From: Octopus bimaculoides
Lineage: Eukaryota
Assembly (NCBI RefSeq): GCF_001194135.2
Contig: NC_068993.1
Coordinates: forward strand, 64,107,144-64,171,143
Reading direction: 5' to 3'
Length of the DNA stretch: 64,000 nt
A program made the translations under genes and the position numbers. The notes under the pieces are model-generated. The model did not search any database. It was given only the letters and a program-made list of their open reading frames with translations, and was not told where the DNA came from. Numbering within the stretch: the stretch's first letter is position 1; the number at the start of each line of letters is the position of its first letter. Below are positions 42,748-56,044 of the stretch, piece by piece.

Positions 42748-43300
42748 TGTATGTATGTATGTATGTATGTATGTATGTATGTATGTATGCATGCATGTAT
42801 CAGAGCGTTAGTCTCATGTAAATAACATCGGAGTTTCCGTACGAGGCACGAGCAAAGTGTTTTGTCCGTGAATAAGATCCTGCCTTACACATTTTCCCAC
42901 TCTCCTTAACTGTGAAAGAGCAGCAGGTAATCGCTGATGCACCTATTTCTCACTGACAACTCATTTTCTGGTTTTTGCCTCTGGGTCAAAGGTAGGTTGT
43001 TCGGTAAAAGTGTCTGTGTTTGATCGCCTTTACACTGGCACATAAAACAATTAGTGAACTCGTGGAGCACACTAACAGATTTGGTGGAAATAACATTGAT
43101 ATTCGAACGCTAATAAATAAAAATAAGCATCCATAAGGAATTAAATTAAATATTTAATCGATTTAAATCAGAATTATATTTTCATATTTACGAGTTATTT
43201 TTCAATCGATTCAATGTTTTTCGCCATTCCTTATTTCCCTGAAGGGAAATATCTAAGCTTTATCAAATTAATCGTGTGTTCACTTCCCTATACACTTTCA

Positions 43301-43459
<159 letters not shown>

Positions 43460-43605
43460 ATATATTTATTAATATATATATATATACATATATATTTATT
43501 TATATATATGTATGTATGTATATATGTATGTATGTATATATGTATGTAAGTATGTTGGTGTGCGTGTATGTATGTGTTCGCCAGTATGTGAACATATATA
43601 TATGC

Positions 43606-43639
<34 letters not shown>

Positions 43640-44256
43640 TGGGGGCATGAATGTGTGTATGTGTGCCTGTGCGCGTGCGTCTGTGCGTCTGTGAGTGTGT
43701 CAAATAGCGAACGCTTTCATTAACCTTTATTAAAAAATGTAGCCCAATCCCCGAAAGAAAATAAATGTTTTTCGATACCAAATAACCGCAGCTGAATGGC
43801 TCTCGTCGTGAAGAATAACAGCTCATATTACTTGCCATGAATATCATTTGCTACTCAATCCTGAATGAAGGAAATATTTAGACACTGGACATTATAAGTT
43901 CTCACTCGCGGTAGGAATATTGCGACTGGGTTGCTGTGATGAATTATGGTTGTACATACCGAATAATCTCACATTAATATGGAGATCTTGTTTTTCGAGT
44001 GACCAACCTTCACATTTTGCTTTGTTCTTCTAAGCATCCGCTCTTCATGGCTTGCTATTGTTCCAATATTTTCTGACATAGGAAATTGTCGGGAGTAATG
44101 TTATCTCTCACTAATAGTCACTCACTTGAGAGTGCAGTAGTGAAGTTAAGCGATTAAAGGTATCACGGATTCACTTATGTGGTATATAATTCAACATTAA
44201 CTAAATGCTTCAGATTCCAATAACCATGAAGGGGGATTAGGAGCCCAACATGGGGG

Positions 44257-44459
44257 GTTCCTAAGCATGGTTACATGTGTATTGGTGCCACAGAAAACTA
44301 CGTTCAAAATCCTCAAAAATGATATATATACATATAGTGCGGCGCACAAAAAAAAGTAGCTTGGGTTCCGCAGTATAGTGTAAATACAAAAATAGATTTA
44401 CAAGTGCTGGAAAGGACATGGTTTTCTGTGGCACCAATACATATCTAACCATGTATAGG

Positions 44460-44462
<3 letters not shown>
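44257..44462. mobile_element. MITE-like element with about 42-bp terminal inverted repeats
   Basis: GTTCCTAAGCATGGTTACATGTGTATTGGTGCCACAGAAAAC (44257-44298) vs 44421-44462, 4 mismatches; about 120-bp spacer; no clear TSD; right arm abuts (AC)n. Confidence 0.6.
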
Positions 44463-44519
<57 letters not shown>

Positions 44520-45447
44520 GATATATATATATATAATACACACACACACACATATGTAGTGTAACTTTGAAGTAGTGCTATCATTAAAAATCTCAGAAAA
44601 CTGGATTTTTCCAAAGACATCCTATATTTGTTTAGAATCATTAATTTTAATGCCAATTCCTATGCAATATGAAAACTAAGAAGTAAATTGTATTTCTGGG
44701 CGCATGTTTACTGAAAACAATATTTACTTGTTTTATTGAATAATTTAAATTGTTGTGAAGATAATAGATTTTAATGAGATTTAGCTAAATGCATTTGTAA
44801 ATTCCAGAACCGTTTTCAATATATCTCCCATGGTACGATTTGATTATGTAACAATTTCAAACTTCTAAATGACATTCATTCTGTAGAAAGTCTTGGATAT
44901 TTCTGTGAAGGTAAAATGGCGAAGAGTGCTTTTCTGTGTTTGTTATTTATCTCGCAAAGCTGTGTTCATACTCATCCAAGTCGATGACAAAAATTCCCGT
45001 AAACATAATTGACTTGATTCAATTAAGTAGCCATTCCGCCCGAATGAAAAACCGTTCCTTAAAAACAAAATTAAGAAAACAAATTAAAGAAATCCTGAAG
45101 TCTAAAGAGTAAGCATCCGATTAGTTACAGCTGTCTGTTTAAGAATGTAGATTATTCTGTAGTCTGTCACATGAGAATAAAAAAAAAATATTTTTCACAT
45201 GGTACAGTGAATATAGAAAATCAAAGTGGGTTTGCAGAGGAAAATACAGGGAAACATAGCTGAACACATTACGCGAGATTTTAACAATCAAATGCTTATG
45301 TTAAATACAGACTACAAATTCACTTATGTTCCCTTACGACAAAATATAAAACGAAATCACTATTAGATATTTGTATAAATCAGTAATCCGGAATTCCTGA
45401 AACAGAATTTTCAGACTGTTCGGTTTATAAGAATAGATTATAACAAT

Positions 45448-45557
<110 letters not shown>

Positions 45558-47514
45558 AACCTCTCTTGGCAGCTCCGTCAGTTCTGCCACACATCGTGTG
45601 CAGAAGTAATATGACTGATAGCAAATATTTTGAAATAAAGATAGTTTGAAATGGCTGACGAACTAACTAAACGGTGTTAAGTAGTTAATCCAACCCATCG
45701 GCATGATTTTGTTCAAATGTTGCAGAGATTAATTCTTTCTTCTGTCCAACTGGACTTAAGAAAATCAACATCGGAAGTCTTTTTAGTCAAGCATTTTAAT
45801 GAATCGTTCTTCAAAACATTACTAAATTACAACTAATATATACAGTTTGTATATATATTAAGTAAATGTGAAAATAATTTAGAAGATGCACATCGATAGA
45901 TATTGCATTAATAGGTGTAACTTATTAGACCACACGTGGTTAACATTGCAGTCATTATGTGTCGCGGGAAAATTATTTTGATTGATCACTCCTGCTGTGG
46001 GCAAATCAGGAGTGAAAGTCAACAAGAAAAATATATTGCTTTTATACTCTATTTATCCATTCTTTGGAGATAACGATGCAAATTGACAAAGTAGGATTTG
46101 AAATATGAATGGCTCTAACGCAGGCTTTTCCATTTCACACTTCGGTACAAGACGTAAAATATGTAATAGACGGTAATGGCATCGTGTCATTTCTCCAAGA
46201 AAACTGAGACATGGATTGATTTCAATGAAGGATTGAAACACACTTGCTGATTAAACTACCAAAGTTTTACATCTTGTATTTCATTGCCCACTTAGAAAAA
46301 GAAGCATTACGTTCGAATCAATAACCAAATAAGACCTAATCTAATGAGTAGCATTCTTGGTATTTAACACAAGTTGCAACAATTGATTGCAATGCAAATG
46401 AATTCCAAGATAGTGAAATACGTTCTCTCTAATATCTTCAGCTTGGGACATTGCGAAGCGTCAGTGTAGATGGTATTTGTTTTCATTAGAAGCAGACTGG
46501 CGAGGCGTCGGCAACATCATATCAAATGAAATTCTCATGCAAAGCCTCTTTCATTCGTGTCTCAAAACTACTTCTTTCCGAATGTTAATGACATAATAAC
46601 ATTTAAAGAAAATCACAAGTATCACTTCTTACCATCTCACTCCATTTTTCATTTCTCCAGTGAATCGTGCTTAATAAAGAAATCATTTTATTTGATATAT
46701 AATAGTTCTTTTCTGAAGTGTATTAAATAAACGTTGGGCATTTAGCAAAACCTATCAAATTCATTGGCAATTTTCGCTTAACTAAAGTAATTTAGAATAC
46801 TCTACAAAAGAGAGCGTTGCTACACATACTGGACGTTGGGGCAGCGGTGAATAAAATCATTAACACTTGAAATTAGGAAACGCAAAATAAATTTCTTTTG
46901 ACGATGTAAATGACCAGATTTTCTTCGACTGGTATAATGAAAAGTATCGAGTTCAATTCCAGTGCATATTTAGCAATTATTTAGCGAATCTTGGGAGACA
47001 GGAGGCAAAATCATCTCCGATGAGTGTTGAAACAGTAATTGATATAGACAAATCTTTACTACTGTTACTGTTGCTACCAATACCGCTGCTGCTGTTGTTG
47101 CAGCTCTTGTTGTTGTTGTTGTTGCTGCTGTGTGTTGTTGCTGCTGCTGCTTCTGCTGTTGTTATTGTTGTTGCTTACGTCATTTCAACCTTGGAATGAT
47201 CAAAGATATCTCATCCGTGATCGTCAACTCGATTAAGTTCTATGCAGGTAGGGCGGCTGTTATAATTGCATAACTGTCATCGATTGCCACTGCAGGCAGC
47301 AGCAGCAGCACTAAGAATTGATGGATACAACACTGACGTGAAATACTGAAAGATTTTCTGCTGCTAAAACTATTCCACTGGTAGATTACTATCCAGACTA
47401 GATCTACAATAGTCTCCAGATAAGCATTTCTGCTTTTACCCGGCTCAGCTCACGTTCGATTTCAGACTTGCGAATGTCATGTTTTTATGTAATATATATA
47501 TAAGCCTAAGTCAG

Positions 47515-47740
47515 TTCCCCGTTGATACGGTGTATACCATCAGTACTGATATCAGAATGGACTTCGGACTGAGAAAGTGTGGTGCGTTAGTATTGAAGAG
47601 AGGCAAAATCAAATGTATGGACGGGGGAGGCTATGAAGCAGATAGAAGAGACGGGCTATAAGTACTTGGGGATTTTGGAAATGGATAAATTGATGGAGAA
47701 AGAAATGACAGAAAAATTTAAGGTGGAATACTTGTGCAGA

Positions 47741-47742
<2 letters not shown>
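47515..47742 (+). mobile_element. R4/Dong/Rex6-type LINE reverse-transcriptase fragment (downstream of the catalytic DD)
   Basis: VDTVYTISTDIRMDFGLRKCGALVLKRGK, a frame change, then MKQIEETGYKYLGILEMDKLMEKEMTEKFKVEYLCR (KC and YKYLG motifs). Confidence 0.85.
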
Positions 47743-47809
<67 letters not shown>

Positions 47810-48877
47810 GTGCTCCATATATCCGAGACAAACGATAATTAAAGTGGTAAGTTCAAGAACAAAGTGTAGGTCAATCAACAAATTCCCAGACGCAAAATTT
47901 TAAACACATTTTAAAAAACTCACATACATTAATACATTTTAATATAGATCAATAAGTACCACAAATAAAAATATAGATAAAAACATAGATTAAAAGAATG
48001 TAACAATATTCGACGTGTAAACAAGATAAAAAAGTTCGAGGTGTAAATAAAGTAAAACATACGTGGATTATGCAAACAAGAGAAGAAAAAAAACTTCTTT
48101 CCCATTCCTCTTCCCTCTCCTCATCTTTCGACTTATTCTTCTCCTTCTTGTACATCTTTCTCGCTCAATGTTTTAAGGATTTGTCACCATAGTTTTGCTA
48201 TGAGAATTACTTTAAACATACATATGAATGAGGAATATTTAACCACTTCCAACTCACTTTCACGAGTAGGAAATCAGTTGAACTAATATAATCGAATCTG
48301 ATTGATACACTCCCAAGTGTATGCCATAGTGAACCAATAACACTTCATATTAGAAATACGCTTCTTAGTTGTTTTAAATATCTTTAGCATTCCGTGAAGA
48401 AACAATAAATTAGATATTTTGAGAATACTAAAATATCAATCTGGGTTTTAATTGTAATGATAGTAAAATCTGAAAGTGGTGTATTTGGAAGATAATTATT
48501 TAGAATATACATTAAAACAATATTTGGATAAGGAATATAGATACACTTCTAAGACTACGAAATAGTAATGGCTAAAATAGCTTTTAATACTTCCTCAGCT
48601 CAATTGAGGCTAAGAAACAACAACAATAGAAACAAAGAATTTCCACCTAGGATACTTCGTGAAATATTATCTTCAAAACACGATTACGTATGAAACAAAA
48701 TGTTACACCGACATGAGCATATGGTTAAGACGTTTATTTGTTTTTCAAAGAAATGTGACCATTTTAGAGAAACATTATCAATCGCGTATAGTTAAAGTGT
48801 ATTTTTGTAACTTATAAACATCTCTGACCCAAACAAGATCGGAGATGAATCATATCGACTCATATGAGTGGGTAAAA

Positions 48878-49027
48878 TCATAGAACTCTGCGAAGAGCTC
48901 TTGCAGTTCCAAGGAATGGTGATTTTTGTAGGTGTTCTATCTTCACATTTACACCAATCTTTTTGTGTCACGTTGGTAGTTGAGTGCTGATACACCCAAG
49001 CGCGCCAATTACTATTGGTATCTCTAC
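48878..49027 (-). mobile_element. R4/Dong/Rex6-type RLE LINE, ORF C-terminal fragment
   Basis: Translates VEIPIVIGALGCISTQLPT*HKKIGVNVKIEHLQKSPFLGTARALRRVL*, the characteristic C-terminus (IPIVIGALG...LQK...GTAR.LRRVL) after the restriction-like endonuclease. Confidence 0.85.
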
Positions 49028-49029
49028 AG

Positions 49030-50757
49030 AAATATGGAAGGAGTCACTTTTACACTGAAGAGAAACCGCTTAAATTTAAATAAGCTATGTTGTGTATTGA
49101 GCGTTAATAAACATGAGCGTTCTTCTTCTACTTGCATTTGTAGATAAGCCTCCGAGAGGTCGAATTTTGAGAAGAGTTTCCCTCTATTCAATTTTGCAAA
49201 CGCCTCCTCAGGACTCGGTAATGAGTAATGTGAAATTAAGCAATCAATCAAACCTGTTGAAAACTCTGCACCAACTCTTGACTCGTTGTTTTTCTATTTT
49301 TCGTAGACCGTAGGCTTCTGGAGTCTTTCATGTCTTTGTTAACCTGATCTATTGTCACGAACGGTACATTCCGTTTTGGCTTAAATACAAGTGTATTTAA
49401 ATACAGTTTCGGCTTAAATACAGGTGTATTCCAGAAGTTGAGTACTTCCAACTACTGAATTGTTTAGCATATATATTTTTGCCGCTTTCATTTGGTCACG
49501 AAGTGTTACATTACATACAAATTCACCGAGAAAATGCAATTTTCTGCCCGTAATTCCATGTACGACTTTTGTAAATTTAATTAATTTCAGCTTATCAAAA
49601 TACTTCCAATTTTCTTCATTTATAATGGTAATATCACTCTCAGTGTCTCACTGCATTTTTATTCTGATATTTTTTATTTCCACATTTACGAATTTTTTCT
49701 TTGCTACATAACATACGGTTTATGTTTTTCTTTGATGCAACGTTTTGTCAACTTGATTTTACAGTGTTTTTATGCATCCAATTTTTCCACAACGGAAGCA
49801 TTCCACTTTCTTAAATGGACAGCTTTTTCTCAAGCTTAGACCTCCACATGAAGAGCATAGGTTTTTTTTTTGCCTGATTCTCGACCTGTTTTTACTGTAT
49901 TTTAGTACTCACTTGATTTCTATTCTATTTCGCACTACTTTCACTTTGGTGCAATCTTTATGTTCAACTTTTCCCCGAGTCGTGTCTTAAATTTACTATT
50001 CTTTCACACTCTTTTGACACTTGTTGCAAGGTTGGTTTTGTTCCAGCTTAGCGAGAATTCTTGTTCTAACTTCTGCGAATGTCTCTGTAGTTAGGCCCTG
50101 AGTAAATATGAGGCACTTGAACTTATGTGGCGTCAATTCGTCCAGCTTGAACTTTTCACATTTCCTGTTAACTCTACCAGCATATGTTATGTAGTCCTGC
50201 TCGTTGTTCTTTCTTAAGTTCAAATATTTCCAGCGTGTATTGAACAAAGTTCTTTTCTCGTTAAATATTTTACTCAAGATATCTATTGTATCTTAAAAGT
50301 TTACCAGAAGGTTTTTTACGGGAGTACGCAATTTGCTGTAACGTTCATGTTCTTCTCTTGGTGCCAGTTTTCTTAGATTTAGACGAGTTTTCATATTGTC
50401 GTCCTACTCTTTGCACTCCTTATTGAAGATCTGTTCGTATCTTTAATAGTACGCTTCGAAGATAACTCCTACGTCTGGTTCGTACTTAAACTCTGTTATC
50501 GAGTTAGCAACATAATTTGGCGAGGACATTCTTTCAGCATTTCCTGTTGACTTGCTATTCATTAATTGCAGCATTTATTGCTGCAATAGTAATTGTTGTT
50601 GCTGTTGTAGCTGCTGCTGTTGTTGTTCTTTCAGTTGCTGTTCTTGATGATTTTGCAATTCGACCAAAGCAGCTACCAACATGGTTGAAAAAGATCGGTA
50701 CAAGTATGAAAGTAAATCACCTACAAAAATCAGCAGTGGTTCTCTAAAATTGGCCAT
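49030..50757 (-). mobile_element. Ty3/Gypsy LTR-retrotransposon internal fragment (gag, aspartic protease, start of RT); LTRs, RNase H and integrase absent
   Basis: Minus strand: poly-Q gag N-terminus; KTRLNLRKLAPREHERY; KIFNEKRTLFNTRWKYLNL...FKCLIFTQGL...EVRTRILAKLEQ; knuckle CSSCGG...CPFKKVECFRCGKIG; protease Q*DTESDITII (decayed LDTGSD); VFKPKRNVPF; RT SLPSPEEAFAKLNRGKLFSKFDLSEAYLQMQV...LNTQHSLFKFKRFLFSVK. Stops and frameshifts throughout; an imperfect in-frame duplication (NTPVFKPK / NTLVFKPK) lies near 49378-49430. Confidence 0.92.
50664..50737 (+). mobile_element. Second short R4-type LINE C-terminal fragment
   Basis: Translates KQLPTWLKKIGTSMKVNHLQKSA; 50 of 66 nt identical by hand alignment to the reverse complement of the 48878-49027 fragment. 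Confidence 0.7.
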
Positions 50758-50842
50758 GGACTGGTTTCTTTTCGATCTATCTGACCTTTGTGCTTTGTAT
50801 TTCAGTCTTGTTCTTTTCTTCTATTATGCGCTTCAACAGCTA

Positions 50843-51082
<240 letters not shown>

Positions 51083-52422
51083 AAGTCACTGCTGACGAAG
51101 GAGATATATTTTACAAGTCTCTCTTCGAAGTAATAGAATGTTCCGCCAAAAATACTCTCATAGAAATTCATGCATTTGAATTTCCCATTACAAGGGCTGG
51201 CAACAAAATAAGAGTTGAATTTTAATTTAGATAATTTTCTTTTTCTCTTACCTCACCAACATTAAAAGATCGTGAACATGTCATGGTGCTCCACTAAAAT
51301 GAAAATCGAAAACTTGAAAATAATATATTTTGCACATAAGAAGCAAAAAAAAAAAAAAAAAAAAACCAGAACACTAATGAAAATATCCAGAGAGAGAAAA
51401 ACACTATCATCTTTACTAAAGCAAGCAGAAATCGTGTCGACAACATCATCATCGTCATCATCATCATCATCATTCACAACAAAAACAACAACAGTATGAC
51501 AACACATATTGCTTCGGGCGAAAACACGAACAAGAATAAACATTAGATAGTGGATTGTGTAAAAGGAAAACCCCCGGCATGATACATTTTCCAAAGAAAT
51601 CAAATGCAAAAGTAATGTTCTGTACATCAATCTAGGGCTAGCTTTCTGGGAGGAATTACAAAGGTTTCTGAGAAGAGAAAAACAACATATCTCTGTCTTA
51701 TGGAAGTTGTAATGGAAGGTCTCATTTTGTCCAAAATCGAAATAAAGACAGCCAAGAGAGTTTTTAAGTGAAATATCCTTCATTTAAAAAGGAAAATCAA
51801 ACAGCTCGATGTGTAAATATTTAAAAGCATTTCCAAACCGAAATAATAAGCAAGCACCTACTCAATATTTTTCCGTGATATTTAGGAATGAGAAATACAG
51901 AAGTCACAAACATATCGGCGATGATGTCCGCCTTGCTGTCTTGTAGTTAATTGGAAAGTGTATGCATAAAATTTAACCATATGGGATCGAATGTGATCAC
52001 TTTAGACACACTAGCCCTCACGCCTTTACAAGACAGATAAGGACTACCAGAACTGTGAATCGAACAAAGTGGCGAAATCGTAAAGAAGATTATCTAACTT
52101 ATGTGCGACGAAATCTCAATTAAAATTATTCTGTATAGAAATTTAAAAAGGAAAATCAAATCAACAGTCTCAGATCCTATGTTAAGACTGAGCATAACTG
52201 GTGAATCGTCCAATGCAAAATGCTAGCTTCAATCCTAGAAGCAATCATGAGACCCGCAATCTCACTTTACCATCACATTCAATGAAGCCAAATACATCCA
52301 GTTACAGCAAAGATTAAAAAAGTGATGAGATGTCACTTTCTCACCGCATCATTGGCCATCAACCGACGAGTTCAACAACCTAACAGAAGGGGAGCGAAGG
52401 AAAGCAGACTTGGCAAAACAAA

Positions 52423-52474
<52 letters not shown>

Positions 52475-52615
52475 TAATAAACACAATATATGTGGGTACG
52501 TTTTACTATATGTATGTATATATATATATATNNNNNNNNNNNNNNNNNNNNNNNNNNNNNNNNNNNNNNNNNNNNNNNNNNNNNNNNNNNNNNNNNNNNN
52601 NNNNNNNNNNNNNNN

Positions 52616-52671
<56 letters not shown>

Positions 52672-53011
52672 GGAGAGAGAGAGAGAGAAAGAGAAGGAGA
52701 GAGAGAGATGCTCATACATATTTAAATGATAAACCTCTGGAAAGTTTTACAGATTTTTACAGTTCCAGTGATGGGTTGGATTTGTAGTCTTCGAATTGAC
52801 TTTCTCCTTTCTCGTTTTGAGAAGCCTAATTTCTCAAGATTGGTATTTAGGCAGTGTGTTATATGTCACAGGGCTTCAATAATTACAGGTATAAACCTGA
52901 ACTTGTTATCTGGATAGAGTAACTGCAGATTTCTCAATAGTTCAGCATAGGTGTTCTTTTTTTACACTGATCTTCAGCTTTATGTTAACATCCGCTGGGC
53001 AGCTGATTTCC

Positions 53012-53099
<88 letters not shown>

Positions 53100-53360
53100 A
53101 TGTGTGTGTGTATGTGTGTGTATGTGTGTGCGTGTGTGTGTGTACTTATATGTTGTTTTGCTTGGCTGTCATTTTGACTTCACAAATACGGGGAGCCAGC
53201 CTTACACTATTGTTGATTTAGTTGACAACATAATCTACACTAGTTACATGTGTTTATGGCAAATTTAATAGAATATATCTTCATTTCTGTGGCTGATTTT
53301 CTATAATAAGCATTCGACCAAACCGTTAAATAAATGTTAAACTGAATTAAGAATAAACAT

Positions 53361-53406
<46 letters not shown>

Positions 53407-53680
53407 ATACACACACTTTCTCTCTCCCCCTCTCTCTCTTTTGCTGAGTATTTCGATGGCTTCTTAAAACAAATTGAATAACAACTGTATTATGTTTTAA
53501 TTCCTTTAGTGCTATATTTCTTTCATTCAATCTTTGTTCCGAAATCTAATTTTCACTCACATTTATTTTTCTTTCTATCTCATTTTATATCTCTCCATCC
53601 AAGCCTCCCTAGAATACATTTATTTAGCCTATTCCCGCTTCCTACTATGCCATACGTCACATTGCAATCACTATGTTACA

Positions 53681-53800
53681 TAGCTTAGCGGTTAACGTTT
53701 AGTGTTTTGCACTAACGATTACGAGATCGTGGGTTCGATTCCCAGACTTGGCGTTGCGTTATGTTCTTGAGCGTAGCACTTTATTTCACTGTGGTCTGTA
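53681..53800 (+). mobile_element. tRNA-derived SINE head with intact Pol III A and B boxes
   Basis: A box TAGCTTAGCGG (53681-53691), B box GGTTCGATTCC (53732-53742), then a CORE-like GCGTTATGTTCTTGAGCGTAGCACTTTA. No acceptor stem, so not a tRNA gene. Confidence 0.75.
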
Positions 53801-54120
53801 ATCATTTCATTATATATATATATATATATATATACTACACACATTTTTTTCTCCTTGTTTCTGTCCTTATTTCTTTCTGAGTTCCACTTTGACTCTCTCG
53901 TCACTGATGAAGAGGTATACTCTTTATGTTGCATGTCTCGTTTCTCTGTTTGTTTTTTTTCATTGTTCGAAAAAAATTCGTTTTCTGTTTTCGTTTTTAT
54001 GTTTTTGTTTCTCATTGTGTCTAACGTTCTTTTGATGTCCTGCAACCATATATGCATGTATATATACATATATATGTAGATATGTACATATATGTATGCA
54101 TATATGCATATATCTATATA

Positions 54121-54175
<55 letters not shown>

Positions 54176-55305
54176 GTATATATGTCTGAATGTACAATTT
54201 AGCCTCCTTTTCACATTCCTTCAATGTCTTCTTTCCAGCGCCTCTCTCGTTCTACATTTAAACATCCCTTGATGCTTGCCTCTTTCATCTCTGGCCTTCA
54301 TTTCTTATTTTCTCTTTTCATCCTTCTTTCTTACCCCCACAACCCTTGTCTCTACATACCTCACCTCCAATTGTTCCTCTCTATTTTAGTTATTTTACTC
54401 CATCAACTCACTATATATTGTTTAGTGAGATTTTCATTAGGGCCGAAATAGTACCAAACTTATGATGCTAAAAGAAGCAGCAGCGTTGGGAGATAATGGA
54501 CAATGTTTATGTTACTATCAATCACGATTTAATTTGACTCTATAAAAGATATAAATACACCAAAATTCTTTTGGGAAATATGTTGTCAACGCAAGGAAGT
54601 AAAACAATTTTTTAACAGAGTTGCTATTTGTTTCCAAGTAGAAGGTAGTCAAAAAACATATTAGTTTCATTGAAATATTAATCATAGCGCAGATCATCGA
54701 TTATTCTTAAACTTGATATCAGTATCACTTGAAATGCTTGCAATTTAACCCCTGGCCGCCCTCAAACGAACACACATGCCTATATTCGAAGGGTACTGAT
54801 CTGACTATGTTTAACATGCTCATTCTGCAAGCTCAAAATTTCTTCTTCGATTAACCTACGTCGTACATAAACTGTTTTCTACTGTAACATTTCCTTGAAC
54901 AATTCTATGCGAATAGAATTTGGCAGATGGAAACTGTGAAGAATCTTGTCGAATGTATAACTTTGAATAGTATTCGCGTAGCGATACAAAAGTCACTCGT
55001 CAGAGTTTAATCAAGAAAACTTTGCTTATTATAGGAAGGCTTGCACTACAGTTTTGTCTTTACGAATGTTATAATCATGAATTCTTAATGTACAAAACAA
55101 GAATATATCGATATCTCAATGTGTGGTCTTCTGTTCTTGAAATATTTTACCTTCTCTGCCGCCATCACAACCAAACCGAAGTGAATTATATATATATTAA
55201 AATTATTGTTTACAACTTACTGTTTTGATGGGAAAATAAGTATTTCATGTATTTCAGAATTGGGTTATATATATATATATACCGCGATCTCACATTCGTA
55301 AGGGC

Positions 55306-55340
55306 AACCCTAACCCTAACCCTTACCCTAACCCTACCCC
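55306..55340 (+). repeat. Short interstitial telomere-type (TAACCC)n tract
   Basis: AACCC TAACCC TAACCC TTACCC TAACCC TACCCC. Confidence 0.8.
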
Positions 55341-55912
55341 ACCAGATCCGAATGGAGAAGACTAACCTCCATCCTCACATCGGCAGTGAACAAGAGCACC
55401 ACAAAACTCTGAAGTGGATGGGCCCATCCGAGATACAGAGAACAGCCATCATGTCAGAAAAATGATTGCACACGAAATAGATGCTACCGTAAGAACCACT
55501 CTGAAGAACCACTTAATCAAATTCGATCAAATTCGATACGAAACTGCATCTGTTGTTTCAAAGAGCGGCTATCGGTGTTGGTGCCGGTGTGACTGGGATT
55601 GTGGCCGGCCTATTCATAATCTGGTGGGGAAAAAATTGAGACAATTTCTAGGTAAACGTTCGTTAGTGATATTACCTATTGGGTGGGAAAAATTTTGAAT
55701 TTCCCATCTGAGTAGCAAAGTGGCAGTTTGATCCAAGGTAATTCAGATACCTTCTTACAAGTAAGTAGCTTCATGAGAATGAAAATGTGTTTATGTGTGC
55801 GTTGTTCTTCATATATATATATAAGCCAGCTGGAGGAGATGTCCTCCTGGGGCTAAAAGCAACAGTAACATCGACCCCTAGGGGTCAGCCACACTTAAGT
55901 GGCAATATACTA

Positions 55913-55951
<39 letters not shown>

Positions 55952-56009
55952 CACAAACACACACACAGATATATAGAATTACTTTGTATTTCTATATCTT
56001 TACCTATGC

Positions 56010-56044
<35 letters not shown>

